A stretch of 64,000 nucleotides of DNA from Octopus sinensis (GCF_006345805.1 NC_043012.1:52266001-52330000); one strand, 5' to 3'; positions 1 to 12,209 are shown, numbered from the stretch's first letter. Numbers and translations are program-made. Notes: generated by a model from the sequence alone, not told the origin.

Positions 1-197
1 TTGCTGTCAGTGAGCATGCGACATTCGACCGCAAGAGAATGGAGGACGAGCCGGTCATTAATGGCAACAGTCGATTTGTCAACTTCTATCTGTTGGAAAC
101 TAATTGAAACAATCTAAAATGGTTCGTTGTTAAAGAAAAATTATAAATAAATATAAATGTATGTGTGTGAGTGTCTGCGTTTGTGTGTGTATGTATG

Positions 198-239
<42 letters not shown>

Positions 240-241
240 TG

Positions 242-272
<31 letters not shown>

Positions 273-290
273 TCCTATACGCGTACATAA

Positions 291-741
291 AAGGCGAGCT
301 GGCAGATCAGGTAGCACGCCTGGCGAAATGGTTAGCAACATTTCGTCTGTTTACATTCAGAGTTCAAATTTTGCCGAGGTCGACTTTGCATTTCATCCTT
401 TCGGGGTCGATAAATGAAGTACCAGTGAAACACCGGGGGCGATGTAATTGATTAGTCACCTCCCACAAAAATTCCAGGCCTTGTGCATATAGTAGAAGGG
501 ATTATTATTAAGGTGCCGAGCTATCAGAACCGTTAGCACATTGGGCAACATTCTAAATAACTTTTTTTGTTAGTCCTTACGTTCTGAGTTCAAACTCCGT
601 CGAGCTCAATTTTGGGTTTCATCCTTTCGAGGTTCATAGATCAAGTACCAGCCAAGTACTGGGGTCGATATGATTGTCTCTCCACACAAAAATCCAAACC
701 TTGTGCCTACAGTAGAAGAGATTATTATTATTATTATTATT
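291..741 (+). mobile_element. Two tandem copies of tRNA-derived SINE family A (291-509, 510-741), each ending in an (ATT)n tail
   Basis: Shared head AAGG(C/T)G..GAGCT..CAGA..GTTAGCA, B-box-like GAGTTCAAA(T/C)T, body GTCGACTTTGC..TTCATCCTTTCGGGGTCGATA and tail CCTTGTGC..AGTAGAAG..ATTATT; the same sequence recurs more than 10 times in the window. Confidence 0.9.
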
Positions 742-1297
742 GAGTGAAAGAGCAGTTCATGCCATCAAAGTGACACTGGGGTAAAATATACGAAGCCCAA
801 TATACCCATCATGACTACCCGTCTGATAAAGGTACACTAGGCACATGCATCACAACCATATGTGCGCGACATGGTGATCTCATATCAAGATAAACAGCAC
901 ATGACCTTGCAGGTGGGGCCCAGTTAGAATTTTCTTCAGGTTGAGTAGCCCATCCCGCTCAAACGGTCCCTGAATAAGGGTTGTTTAAGGATGTTGAAAG
1001 AACCACCCATGTTTCCAGAGGTGAATTATTCAAATCCCAAAGAATCCCTCTCAACACATGGCTATGATGCTCCCCCACTACTTCTGCTCGTGATCAGAGA
1101 TGCACATATCGTCAGCCACTAAGGGACATGCTCAACTGGTTAAGGTCAAACAACTGACAAGCAAATCTGTGGTATTGAGCAGGATATTTGCTGTAGCCCA
1201 TCTTTTATACCAAGACAAAACAATGTACATGATAACACTTCCAATCAGTTAAGATCAGAAGCCATGAGAGCCACTGCCTGGTACTGCATCAGGGCAT
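742..1297 (-). mobile_element. ~555-bp non-coding interspersed element inserted in a (TAA)n tract; probably an R4/Dong-type 3' UTR or non-autonomous derivative
   Basis: Sharp boundaries against (TTA)n on both sides; no ORF; on the minus strand it ends ...CTCTTTCACTC followed by (AAT)n, like the R4/Dong-type 3' ends elsewhere in the window. Orientation and family are inferred. Confidence 0.5.
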
Positions 1298-1324
1298 ATT
1301 ATTATTAGTATTATTATTATTATT

Positions 1325-1464
1325 TGAGTTTAAATTCTGCCGAGGTCGACTTTGCGTTTCATCCTTTCGGAGTCGATAAAATAAGTAGCAGTTACGCACT
1401 GGGGTCAGTGTAATCGACTAATTTCCTTCTGCAAAATTGCTACCTTTGAGGCAACATCTGAAAA

Positions 1465-1526
<62 letters not shown>

Positions 1527-1785
1527 GTGGTGGTGGTGGTGGTGTTGTTGTTGTTGTTGTTGTTGTTAAGGTGGCGAGCTGTCAGAACTGTTAGCACGTT
1601 GGGTGAAACGATTAGTAGCATTTTCCTCCGTCTCACGCTCTGAGTTCAAAATCCACCAAGGTTGAATTTGCATTTTATCTGTTCAGGGTCAGTAAAATTA
1701 AGTACCAGTTGTACACTCGGCTCAGTCTATTCAGCATAACCCCCATTCCCCGATATTGCTGGCATTGTGCCAAATTTTGAAGCCA
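1325..1785 (+). mobile_element. Two SINE family A copies (1325-1450 partial; 1567-1785) separated by a (TTG)n array
   Basis: GAGTTTAAATTCTGCCGAGGTCGACTTTGCGTTTCATCCTTTCGGAGTCGATA and AAGGTGGCGAGCTGTCAGAA...GAGTTCAAAATCC match family A. Confidence 0.85.
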
Positions 1786-2099
1786 CCACTATTATTAATA
1801 TTAATACATTTACAAAGAGCCAAAATCGTTGTCTGTTATACACACACACTGACGGTTACACACACGTATGGATGTGAGTCATTGTGTGTATATGTATACG
1901 TACATATATCCGTGTGTGTATGTGTGTGTGAATTCACATATTTTTTTTTGTTTCTATTTCTGTTTTTTTTTTCCTTGTAAACTCTTATTTTATTGGTAAG
2001 TTATTTTATGAAAAATACATTTGTTTGTAATGTTTTTTTGTTGTTTATTGTTGTGGTGTCGCTGTTGTGGTATGTTTTGTATACTTAACCCGTTTCGTT

Positions 2100-2896
2100 G
2101 ATGTTGTTGTTGTTCTTGTTGTAGTTGTTGTTGTTTCAAGACCTGTTACAATTGATACTGTTGTTGTTGTTGTTGTATCTTAAAATTATTTTTCATTTCT
2201 TTTGCGTTTTGTTTTTTTATTTGCTCCTTTGTTTTTGTTTTTTTTATATCGATATGTACTTTATTTTTATTATTTTATTTCTTTGCTCTCTTTGCACTTC
2301 ATATTTTTCTCCTTGTTCTTTTATTCAATTTGTTATTATATTTCATCATCATCATCGTCGTCGTCGTTATAATCATCAGCAGCAGCACCAACAGCACCTC
2401 CTTCCTTTTTTTCTGCTCTGCCTTACTCCTCATTCTCCTCCTCCTCCTCGTCCTCCTCCATCTTATCATCCTTCTTCTAATTATTTTTCTTTTCTAATTC
2501 TTTCTTAGTCTTATTATTATTATTATTGTTGATGTTCTTGTTGCTTATGTTCTTGTTATTCATAAAATGGAAGGCAAAGCGAATAAATATTAATAATTCT
2601 TCTATTTTCTTCTTCTTCTTCTTCATTTTCTTCTTCTTCTTCTTCTTTTTCTTCTTCTTCTTCTTCTTCTCTTCTTCTTCTTCTTCTTCTTCTTCTTCTT
2701 CTTCTTCTATTTTTCTTCTCCTTTATCTTCTTCTGCTGCTGCTGCTTCTTCGTTTTTTCTTCTTTTACTTTTCTTTCATCAGCATCATCATCATCATTAT
2801 CTTATTATTATTTTTATCATTATTATTCTTATCACCATGGTTATTATTATTATCATTATTATTATTATTATTAGTAGTAGTAGTAGTAGTGGTAAT

Positions 2897-2959
<63 letters not shown>

Positions 2960-3697
2960 TTTTCCCCTGTTTTTCTTTCTTCTAGATCTATGATCACCTT
3001 GGTGTTAAAGAATTTATTTGTTAGCACTTTAATTGAAGGTTTCTTGGAAGTCTTCCAGCTCCCAGCTCCATTCCCGTTTTTATAACTCCCAGGCCACTTC
3101 CATTAGTGCAAAAGAGTTCGTTGGTTTTGTTGCATTCGTATTGTTGCTGTTGTTGTCGTTGTTGTTGTTGTTGCTGTTGTTGTTACTGTTGCTGCTGTTG
3201 TTGCTGATGCTGATAACTCTTGGTATTGCTGCTCCAGTTTTCAGTTTCGTTCAAGGCCTTGTCATTGACGTAGTAAGTGCTGCTGTTGCTGTTGCTGGTG
3301 ATGATGCTGCCCATGATGGTGAAACTCATTATGATGATGATGATGGTGATGATGATAATGGTGATGATGATGATGACGATTATGATCGTGGTGATGATGG
3401 TGGTGGTGGTGGTGGTGATGATGATGATGATGGTGGAGGTGGTGGTGGTAGTGTTGATGATGATGATGATGATATTGATGATGACGATGATGATGAGGAT
3501 GCTGGTGATGGTGAAGATGATGATGATGATGACCACGATGAATATAATGATGATGTTGGTGGTGATGATGATCATGGTGAAGGTGATGGTGGTAATGGTG
3601 GTGGTGGTGATGATGATGATGGTGAAGGTGATGGTGGTAATGGTGGTGGTGGTGATGATGATGATGGTGAAGGTGATGGTGGTAATGGTGGTGGTGG

Positions 3698-3733
<36 letters not shown>

Positions 3734-3981
3734 CGACGAGGATGTGCAATGTGCTTATGATGACGTTTGATGACGACACTGATGATAATGAATGCTGAGA
3801 TGCTGCCACTAGTACTGTTAAGACAAAGAGGAAAAGGAAAAGAAGAGAATGTTAAGACGATAATGATGATTATCAGAAGGACATGTCAGTGAAGAGGCTG
3901 GTGGTGATGGTGGTGAAGACGAAGATGATGATAATGATAAGAAGACGATGATGATGATAATGATGATGATGGATAATGGTG

Positions 3982-4013
<32 letters not shown>

Positions 4014-4560
4014 GAGATGATGATGATGATGATGATGACGACGATATGACAATGACGATGATGATGATGATGATGATGATGATGGTGGTGGTGTCGATGA
4101 TGATGATGATGATGATGGTGGTGTCGATGATGATTACATTATGATGACAACAATGATGATGAGGAGGAGGAAGTGGAGGAGGAGAGGGAGGAGGGAAAGA
4201 TGCAGCTGCTAGCGAAAACTATGGTGATGAAGCTGATTATGTTATTTGCTAAGAAGGTGTTGTTTGTTGTCGTTGTTGTTGTTGCTGCTGCTGCTGCTGG
4301 CGGTGGTGATGGTAGCTGTGTTAGTGGTCAAAGTTGTACTAATGATGATGGCAGTGTTGATGGCGTTGTTCGTGGTGGTGGATTTGGCGGTGACGACGAT
4401 GACGACGGCGACGACTATGTTGTTGATGATAATGATGATAATGTATGCGTTGGCGGTGGTCTCAATGGTGTTAGCAGTGATGTAAGTAGAGGCGTTTGTG
4501 GTACTATTGGTGCGTGTTTCTGTTTTACTTTTAGTTCTTGTAATTTCTCTCATAATTTCA
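2100..4560. repeat. Compound degenerate trinucleotide microsatellite field (TTG, TTC, TAG, GAT, GGT), including a 45-bp unit x3 at ~3576-3710
   Basis: Read directly; unit GGTGAAGGTGATGGTGGTAATGGTGGTGGTGGTGATGATGATGAT is repeated three times. Confidence 0.9.
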
Positions 4561-4629
4561 CTTGCCAAGGCCTTTAGTAAATTTTCCACATTCATAGACA
4601 CATACATACACACACACACACACACACAT

Positions 4630-4675
<46 letters not shown>

Positions 4676-4830
4676 GCATATATATATATATAAACATACA
4701 TCATACATATATATACATATATGCCTTATATATATGCATATATATATATATATATATACATATATATACATGTATATATATTTATTTATATATATGTATG
4801 CACATATATACACGTATGTATGTATATATA

Positions 4831-4870
<40 letters not shown>

Positions 4871-5676
4871 CAAGTTATTTTATACGTTAATGTTTTCTGT
4901 AATTTTTTTATCTTTTATTCCCAGATTCTTTTTTTTATTAATTTTTATTAACTTTTATGTTTTACTTTTCGCAGCTCGTGTGATTGATAAGTTACTCGTC
5001 TGATGCAACTGTCATATCACTCAAGAACCGCTCTTGGATTTACTGCCTTCCTAGCTGTGTTTCTTTGCCAACTAGTTCCCTGTCTAATGCCTGGCTATTC
5101 CAAAAAAGAATGACTAAATTATATTATATATACAGCTGTATTCGTTATAGCTGTTATTCTTGTTGTTGTTGTTGCTGTTGTTGTTGTTCTTGTTGGTGTT
5201 TTCTCTTTTCAGTTTTTTTTCTCTTTATTATATATATGTTTTTTTTAATATTTTTCCCGCCCTTTCCATTTTTTTTTCTAATCAAATCAACATCACCGGT
5301 ACTATTATCATCGCCGACGTGATATCGACGGCAGCAACATCACCAATAACTGAAAGAAAGTCGACAGCAAAGGCAATAACAACGTTAAGGAGAAACAAAG
5401 ACTACAACAGAAGAAGAAGAAGAAGAAGAAGAAGAAGGAAGGAAAGAAGGAAAGATAAAACTTACATATCAAAGTAATATAAAGAACATACACAAATACA
5501 TAACATAGAAAAAGCAAAAGAAAAACAAGAGGGCGCCTTCTTCGTATTCAGATCTCTTCAGAAACACCAATGTTATCATTATCTTAGTTGTCATCAATAC
5601 CACATCAACCAGCCAACAAAGCCAACATCATAATCGTCGTCGTCGGCATCATCATCATCATCATCATCATCATCCC

Positions 5677-5832
5677 CTTCTTCTTCTTCTTCTTCTTCTT
5701 CTTCTTCTTCTTCTTCTTCTTCTTCTTCTTCTTCTTCTTCTTCTTCTTCTTCTTCTTCTTCTTCTTCTTCTTCTTCTTCTTCTTCTTCTTCTTCTTCTTC
5801 TTCTTCTTCTTCTTCTTCTTCTTCTTCTTCTT
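5677..5832. repeat. Long near-perfect (TTC)n microsatellite
   Basis: About 50 uninterrupted TTC units. Confidence 0.97.
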
Positions 5833-6189
5833 CTATATCCTTCCTTCTTGCTCTTCTCTACATCCTCTTTTTGTTTCTCCTCCTTCATCTTCATCATCAT
5901 CATCATTATCATTTTCTTCACATTCTTCTCCTCCTCCTCCTTCTTCTTGTTCTTCATCATTATCATCAACAACAACAACAACAGCAACCTCATCCCACTG
6001 AACATGGCTATCCGTCCCACCATAATTCTGGTTGACATATACGTTACGATTATCGTTGCGATCATCTGAACAATCACCGGTATCATAATCAACATTTTCA
6101 AGGCAGTGAAATAATAGTAATAATATTTTTTCCATTTGTGGTACAACGCCAGCAATTCTATGGTAAGTGTAAGTGGACTACAATGACCC

Positions 6190-6345
6190 CAGGGATTAGC
6201 AGATAATTACTTTATTGACCGTCAATGAATGAAAAGGGAAGTCGACCTTGGAGTTATTTGAGATCAACGTAAACATGGACGAAATGCTCGTAAGTGTTTC
6301 TTCTGGCATGCTAACGATTCTGCCGGCTCCATGCCTTAATGTTGA
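6190..6345 (-). mobile_element. Degenerate SINE family A
   Basis: GAAAAGGGAAGTCGACCTTGG and CTAACGATTCTGCCGGCTC are reverse complements of family A motifs. Confidence 0.7.
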
Positions 6346-6406
6346 TGACGGTGATGACAATAATAATAGTGATAATAACAACAACAACAACAGTGATAAT
6401 AATAAT

Positions 6407-6672
6407 GGTACCAGGAAACCCCAAAAGATAGTACTCATGGGAACTGCCCATATCCTACGCAAAATGCTTTCTATGTAATCTCATTTTTTAAAACAAACAC
6501 AATTTTTTTATGGTTTCTTAAACATTCTCTAGAACAACATTACGTACAAAACCAAATATATGGTACCCTAGGCATAACACTAACATGAACTTCCAACTTG
6601 TTGTCTCTTGAGGTCTCTGGGTGAGACTTGGAGCCAACTTGTACAAAGGTAAAGCAAAGGCAAACATAAAAT
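6407..6672 (+). mobile_element. 5'-truncated R4/Dong-like LINE 3' end
   Basis: Encodes QKIVLMGTAHILRKMLSM*, the typical C-terminus after the RLE domain; 3' UTR with GAGGTCTCTGGGTGAGACTTGG; TAA repeats on both sides. Confidence 0.8.
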
Positions 6673-6754
6673 AACAATAATAATTTCATTTATTTGCTTC
6701 AAGGGCGAATGATAAGGTGGACAGTATAGAGATAGACATAAAGTGTGGGGTTTC

Positions 6755-6806
<52 letters not shown>

Positions 6807-6809
<3 letters not shown>

Positions 6810-7072
6810 TGGTCAATGAAGAGAGTAGACGTGATACCAGTAATAACTGGTGCACTTGGAAATATCAGCACTCAATTACCAGCAAGGCTGAAAAGGGTTG
6901 GTGCAAGTGTGAAGGTAGAAGACCTAGAACAATCAACATTGCCTGCAACTGTAAGAATTCTTCGCAGGGTTCTTGATGCATGACCTGGAAACAAGTGTTA
7001 CCTCAGTCTGCAGACTGTGGACATCTGACACTTTCCATCATACCCAGCAAACTAAGCTGTGAATTTTGATAT
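6807..7072 (+). mobile_element. 5'-truncated R4/Dong-like LINE 3' end (second family)
   Basis: MWSMKRVDVIPVITGALGNIS...ATVRILRRVLDA* matches the conserved IP.I.GALG...TARILRRVL terminus; short 3' UTR followed by (TAA)n; starts directly after (TAA)n. Confidence 0.85.
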
Positions 7073-7104
7073 GATAATAATAATAATAATAATAATTTTT
7101 TTCT

Positions 7105-7268
7105 TTGTATTAGACATTCACTAGTACAACACCAACAAAAGCCCAAATATATGGCACACTAGGCATAACAACAACGTGAACTTCTAACCTGTTGTTCTCT
7201 TGAGGTCTCTGGGTGAGACTTGGAGCCAACTTGTACAGACATAAAGCAAAAGTCAAACATAGAATAAC
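7105..7268 (+). mobile_element. 3' UTR-only copy of the R4/Dong-like family seen at 6407-6672
   Basis: Strong similarity to 6530-6672 (CTAGGCATAAC...GAGGTCTCTGGGTGAGACTTGGAGCCAACTTGTACA); followed by (TAA)n. Confidence 0.85.
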
Positions 7269-7321
<53 letters not shown>

Positions 7322-7360
7322 TGATGATGATGATGATAATAGTAATAATAATAATAATAA

Positions 7361-7570
7361 TCCTTTCTATTATAGGCACAAGGCCTGAAATTTCGTGGCA
7401 AGGGGCTAGCCGATTACATCGAACCCAGTACGCAACTGGTACTTAATTTATCGACTCTGAAAGGACGATAGGTAAGATCGATCCCGGTGGAATTTGAACT
7501 CAGAACGTGAAAGCGAGTGAAATGCCTCTAACAATTTTGTCCGGCGTGCTAACGATTCTGCCAGCTCACC
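7361..7570 (-). mobile_element. SINE family A, full length
   Basis: Reverse complement of the family A head, body and CCTTGTGCCTATAATAGAAAGGA tail. Confidence 0.88.
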
Positions 7571-8789
7571 ATCTGAATCTGGTAATAATAATAATATATA
7601 TTGCGGGTGTCCGAAGGGGCAAGAGAAAAACAATTCGCTAATGTTCTTGTGCAGTGTGACTGAACTCAAACCTGGATGGTTGTAGAGCGACTTCTTGGCC
7701 ACACGGCCATTTCTAACAAATACATATTGATTTTGGACTATCTGTGTCAGAATCACATAGGTTTACGTCGATTCTTTTATTTGCCTGGTACTTTCTTTTA
7801 TCGATTTCGGAATTATGTAAAGCAAAGGTGTCAGGGTTATTTCTTAACTAAGAGCGTAATGGGACGTAAGTAAGCACCACCCGGCATTTCGTTCATATCG
7901 GGCCACTACTTATATTTGACGGTCTGGCATACCTCAATTTGCCGCAACGCGTGAAACTAGAGGAGCTGTCAAATCGAAATATATTGGGAGAGAAAAAAAT
8001 GAGTGAGATTGAGAGGGAGAGAGGAGAGAGAAGAAATATATAGGAGAAAAAAAAGATTAGATACATCTGAGTATTGTTCCAGACATGACAGTGACTAAAC
8101 TGCTTGTCACTTGTCATTGCATGAGACAAGGTGTGTATCACTGGGTAAACACCCCGAACTGAAGTGTGCTGTCCGATGTAGATATTGTTTCGCTCAAAAT
8201 TACGGCTGAATTGTTCATCGGAATTTAAAAGTACAAGCTAGCATAAAAAAATGTAGCTATTTGACTTGCTAAAAAAACATCCACGATTCTATTTCGAATT
8301 ACAGTTAACTGTCTGAGGAAAATTATCTAAACAAACACACAACTACACGAATGCATATATACGTACGAACGACCCCACGAACACAAAAATACGCACAATC
8401 ACACACACACATATAAATAAGTATTTATGTACATATACGTCTATATATGTGTGTGTGTACATATATATATATATATTTATGTGTGTGTGTGTGTTTGCGT
8501 ATATATAAAACTATGTGTTTGCGTATAAGTAAGGATTTAATTAGAAAAAAAAAACAAGAAAGCATTTACGTTTCTAAACCCTTATACATTCTGCGAAAGT
8601 TTGTATATACACATACTGAAGTATAAATATGAAAACTTGATCCCACGCCTCAACCACCCGATTTCCACCCATTAGTGTCCATCTATTACCTACCTAGTGT
8701 CTGTACTTTGGGGCTGACATAAAACCAGTTAAAAATTCATATACAAATGCATTGTTCTCACAAATCGTAATGCGTAAGCAAACCGCTAG

Positions 8790-9155
8790 CAAGTTGGGTT
8801 CTAATTTTCGTTTTCCACTAGTTCATGGTCTTAGGTTCTATCATGTTGTGAGGCACGGGACAGCCAAAGCCTTGTGATAGGATTTGACAGCTGCAAACTG
8901 AAAGAAACCAGTCTTATGTATACATACATATGTTTGTGCGTATGAGTGCGTGTATGTGTGGGAATAAGTGTGTTTGTGTGTGTGTTTGTCCCTGAACATC
9001 GCTTTACAACCGGCTTATTTGGGTCGACATAACATAGCGGTTCCGGAAAAGAGTTCGATAGAATAAGTCCAAGCTTGAAACATAGATATTGAGATTCTCA
9101 AGGCGGGGCCCCAATATGGCCGCAACGCAATAGCTGACAAAAGTAGAAAGGAGAA
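8790..9155 (+). mobile_element. Degenerate tRNA-derived SINE family B
   Basis: CCAAAGCCTTGTGA..GGATTTG...AAACTGAAAGAAACC, a CA/TG tract, then GATAGAATAAGT and GCCCCAATATGGCCGCA, as in the copy at 37311. Confidence 0.7.
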
Positions 9156-9439
9156 GATAAGTTTATAGCATGGGTTGTTTTTTTTTTACTTTTGTTTACT
9201 ATTGCACGCATTTTTTTAAAATTATGAAAAACAAACTGATGCTAAAAAGACGAGATTAATCGATAGTCATATAATGTAGGACGTAGGAAAAACGAGAGAG
9301 TGGAGAGGTAAGGAAGTACAAGGTAGAGAAAAGAAGAAAAGGTGATAATTACAAATGAAACAATTATAGTGCTGCTGCTCTTGCTGTTGATCCTGGGGTA
9401 CAGATAATTCGCAATCTAGACTAGGGTCTGAAAGTTTAC

Positions 9440-9678
9440 CACACTGTAGTGGGTTATACCATGGTTCCTCTGCTTTGTGGCTGAAGTATGAAGAAAGAGT
9501 GAGAGAAATTTGTGGCGAAAGAGTAGGGCGCGGTTCATCCCATCCCCACCACCACCGGAGACACGTGGGGCTTAGGTGTTTTTGCTCAATAAACACTCAC
9601 AATGCCCGGTCTAGGAAGCGAAACCGCGTTCTTACGACCGCGAGTCCGCTGTCCTAAGCACTGGGCCATTGCACCTAC
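9440..9678 (-). mobile_element. tRNA-derived SINE family C
   Basis: Minus strand reads GGTGCAATGGCCCAGTGCTTAGG (A box) and GGTTTCGCTTCC (B box), then TTGTGAGTGTTTATTGAGC, shared with 35696-35962. Confidence 0.85.
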
Positions 9679-10496
9679 ACTGCTGCTGTTGTTTACGCCT
9701 TTGTCGCACCTGACGAAAGCTGTGACGACGGACGATCGTACTATGATTGTCAGTCGCTAACATGACATGTTATCATTTCTTCCAGCTTTCTTTTTCAGAA
9801 ATTGTTTCCGAAACTATTCCAAAGCACATCATTCAGGGAATGATTCGAGGTATTTAATATACTACTATAGCATGATGAGCATCCACAGGGGAGTTCTGGT
9901 GATGGTTCGACTTCAGTTGTGGTGAGGTTGATGATGATGGTGATTATGTCGATCACGACGACGACGGAAGCATATCCCAGAGCTGTTTTCCCGTTTTAAC
10001 GATTCTGCTAGCTCCACTGGTCATCGTTTGCAATGATAATATTTTCTCATGAAAAGAAAATTCAATATCTTGTCTGGAAACGGTCGACGTGGCAGACACT
10101 ATCAATCCACTCATACCCAGCAGTTTTGGGACACTTTGTTGTTCCAAATATTTTCCTGGAAACTTGAACGAAAATAAGGAAATTTATATCATCTAACTGT
10201 TTTATTACATGTCTAAGAGAAAAGCAAACACATGAAAATACACACATACACATACACGTATATCTATCATCAAAATTAGTTTCATTTTTCATTATGATTT
10301 ATTTATTCTTCTCGTCTGACGAGAATTTTTCAAAACGTTTGGAACACAAAATTCTCTGGTCTATTATATGGACTCGTCCTGTGGGTTTTGTTGTGTCGGT
10401 GCTTACTAATGCTCTACGGAACACACATTTTGAAATTCAACAAGTGCGATACCGGTCATGTGTATATCTATTTATCTATCTATCTGTCTCTTTGTC

Positions 10497-10558
<62 letters not shown>

Positions 10559-10559
10559 A

Positions 10560-10809
10560 TATACAACTTATAAATAAGGGCAAACCAAAAAATTTTTCAA
10601 CGCCGAATATGCCGAAATTAGACACATTGTCCATAACCATTATAACTATAATGGTTATGGACAATGTGTCTAATTTCGGCATATTTGGCATTGAAAGTTT
10701 TTTGGTTTGCCCTTATTTATAAGTTGTTTATAAGTTTAACTTTTAAAGGTATTTTTTAATATGCTGGCCATTGATAACATTTTTTCGGAAAAAAAAAATT
10801 TATCCTACA

Positions 10810-10810
<1 letters not shown>
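10560..10810. repeat. Near-perfect ~170-bp palindrome (arms 10560-10644 and 10647-10731, 2-nt loop) in an element flanked by (TA)n
   Basis: CAACTTATAAATAAGGGCAAACC...CCATTATA-AC-TATAATGG...GGTTTGCCCTTATTTATAAGTTG; the peptide MPKLDTLSITII appears in ORFs on both strands. Confidence 0.92.
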
Positions 10811-10875
<65 letters not shown>

Positions 10876-10936
10876 ATGTGTGTGTGTGTGTGTGTGTATG
10901 TGTGTGTGTATGTGTGTATGTTTGTATGTATGTATG

Positions 10937-11563
10937 AAATTAAATAATAAGGGTAGAATTTGATATTAATCAATTAAAACCAGTGACTTAGCATATTTAA
11001 AAATCAGAAGATTAAAAATTGTGTTATATACAAGATTAAGAAGAATTACCACTAAAGTGGACGCCTAATATGCTAAACATAGATGTCAAATCGCCATTAC
11101 CACAAAGAACGTGTTCTCAAGAAAAATTAAAGCAAAAAGCCAAAATGTAAAGATGAGCAAGACAAATGAAAATATACGAAATAAAAAACGATTTCCTATG
11201 TACCAATGGTTTCAATTGTTACCATCTACGTAAGTAAACACGCAGATATCTGCAAGATCGTCAGCGTAGTCTGTCGCTTACAAAACACAATTTCCAGAAT
11301 TAGATACCGAAAGCTGAACCGAAATTGAGCGTGTATAAATTTCGACAGATTATATTTGGGCGCATTTTTCAAATGTCTTCAATTTGGCGCACTGAGGCCG
11401 GAAATTACTCTGCATTTAATAAATTTCAGCAGCCAATTTAACGGTTAGAGAACGTTTTTTGTATTTAAAATTAAAACAATTTTTAATTTTCGAATTTTTT
11501 TAAATATGCTAAGCTACTGGTTATAATTGATTAGTATCAATTTCTATCCTTATTATTTAATTT
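10937..11563. mobile_element. Element bounded by ~85-bp imperfect inverted repeats (10937-11021 / 11477-11563)
   Basis: AAATTAAATAATAAGGGTAGAATTTGATATTAATCAATT...TTAGCATATTTAAAAA matches the reverse complement of the right end at roughly 85%. Confidence 0.8.
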
Positions 11564-12127
11564 TAAATATAAAAAAATGCAGGGTGTTAGTAAGCTTTAC
11601 TAATTCGTAGAAGATATAAAACATCATGTTTCATGAACAATAGTTGTTGATTGGCGTAGATGGTTGTGAAATTTTCTTCTATCGAAGTACGATAAGCTGA
11701 AAGAAATTTAATTTTGTAGCCCATGGTTAGCAGCAGGCTTGTATGTGCGAGTAAACATACAAAAATGAGGGAATGGAGTCGATAAAATTCAAGCGACTTA
11801 TGTTTCATAAATAGCAGAGCCTCGGAAATAGTAAATTATCCGAACGAAGGAGTAGATCGGAAGCTACTCTTCAAGCACAGGATAGCTTGATTCGATCGAA
11901 TCCACAACGAGTTAACACTGGATCTCCTAACAATAATATAAACTTCATATAATGAAGGCACCCTGTGCCTGTCGAGTAGCTTGCGTTCTATCTCCTGGTT
12001 TGAATAATTTACTCTTTCCGCGGCTACGCTAGCTTTGAAATATATGCAGCTGGAATTTTATCTACTCCATTCCATATATGTATATGTATATATATATATA
12101 TTATATATATATATATAATATATATAT

Positions 12128-12209
<82 letters not shown>

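Noticed and set aside
1215-1297. Possible HDV-like ribozyme at the minus-strand 5' end of the 742-1297 element
   Set aside because: P1-like and P4-like helices are present, but I could not place P1.1, P3 or the catalytic J4/2 segment.
3033-3770. 245-aa Asp/Gly-rich ORF with a hydrophobic N-terminus, superficially like acidic biomineralisation proteins
   Set aside because: It has a TTG start, its hydrophobic stretch is a (TTG)n repeat, and the same GAT/GGT repeat composition continues past the stop, so it is best explained as microsatellite.
4242-4600. [19 protein letters not shown], resembling a small-GTPase C-terminal helix
   Set aside because: No G-box motifs and no credible splice acceptor; it runs straight into degenerate repeats.
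10310-10345. CTGACGA GAATTTTTC AAAACGTT hammerhead-like string
   Set aside because: GAAA is replaced by AAAA and helix I does not pair.
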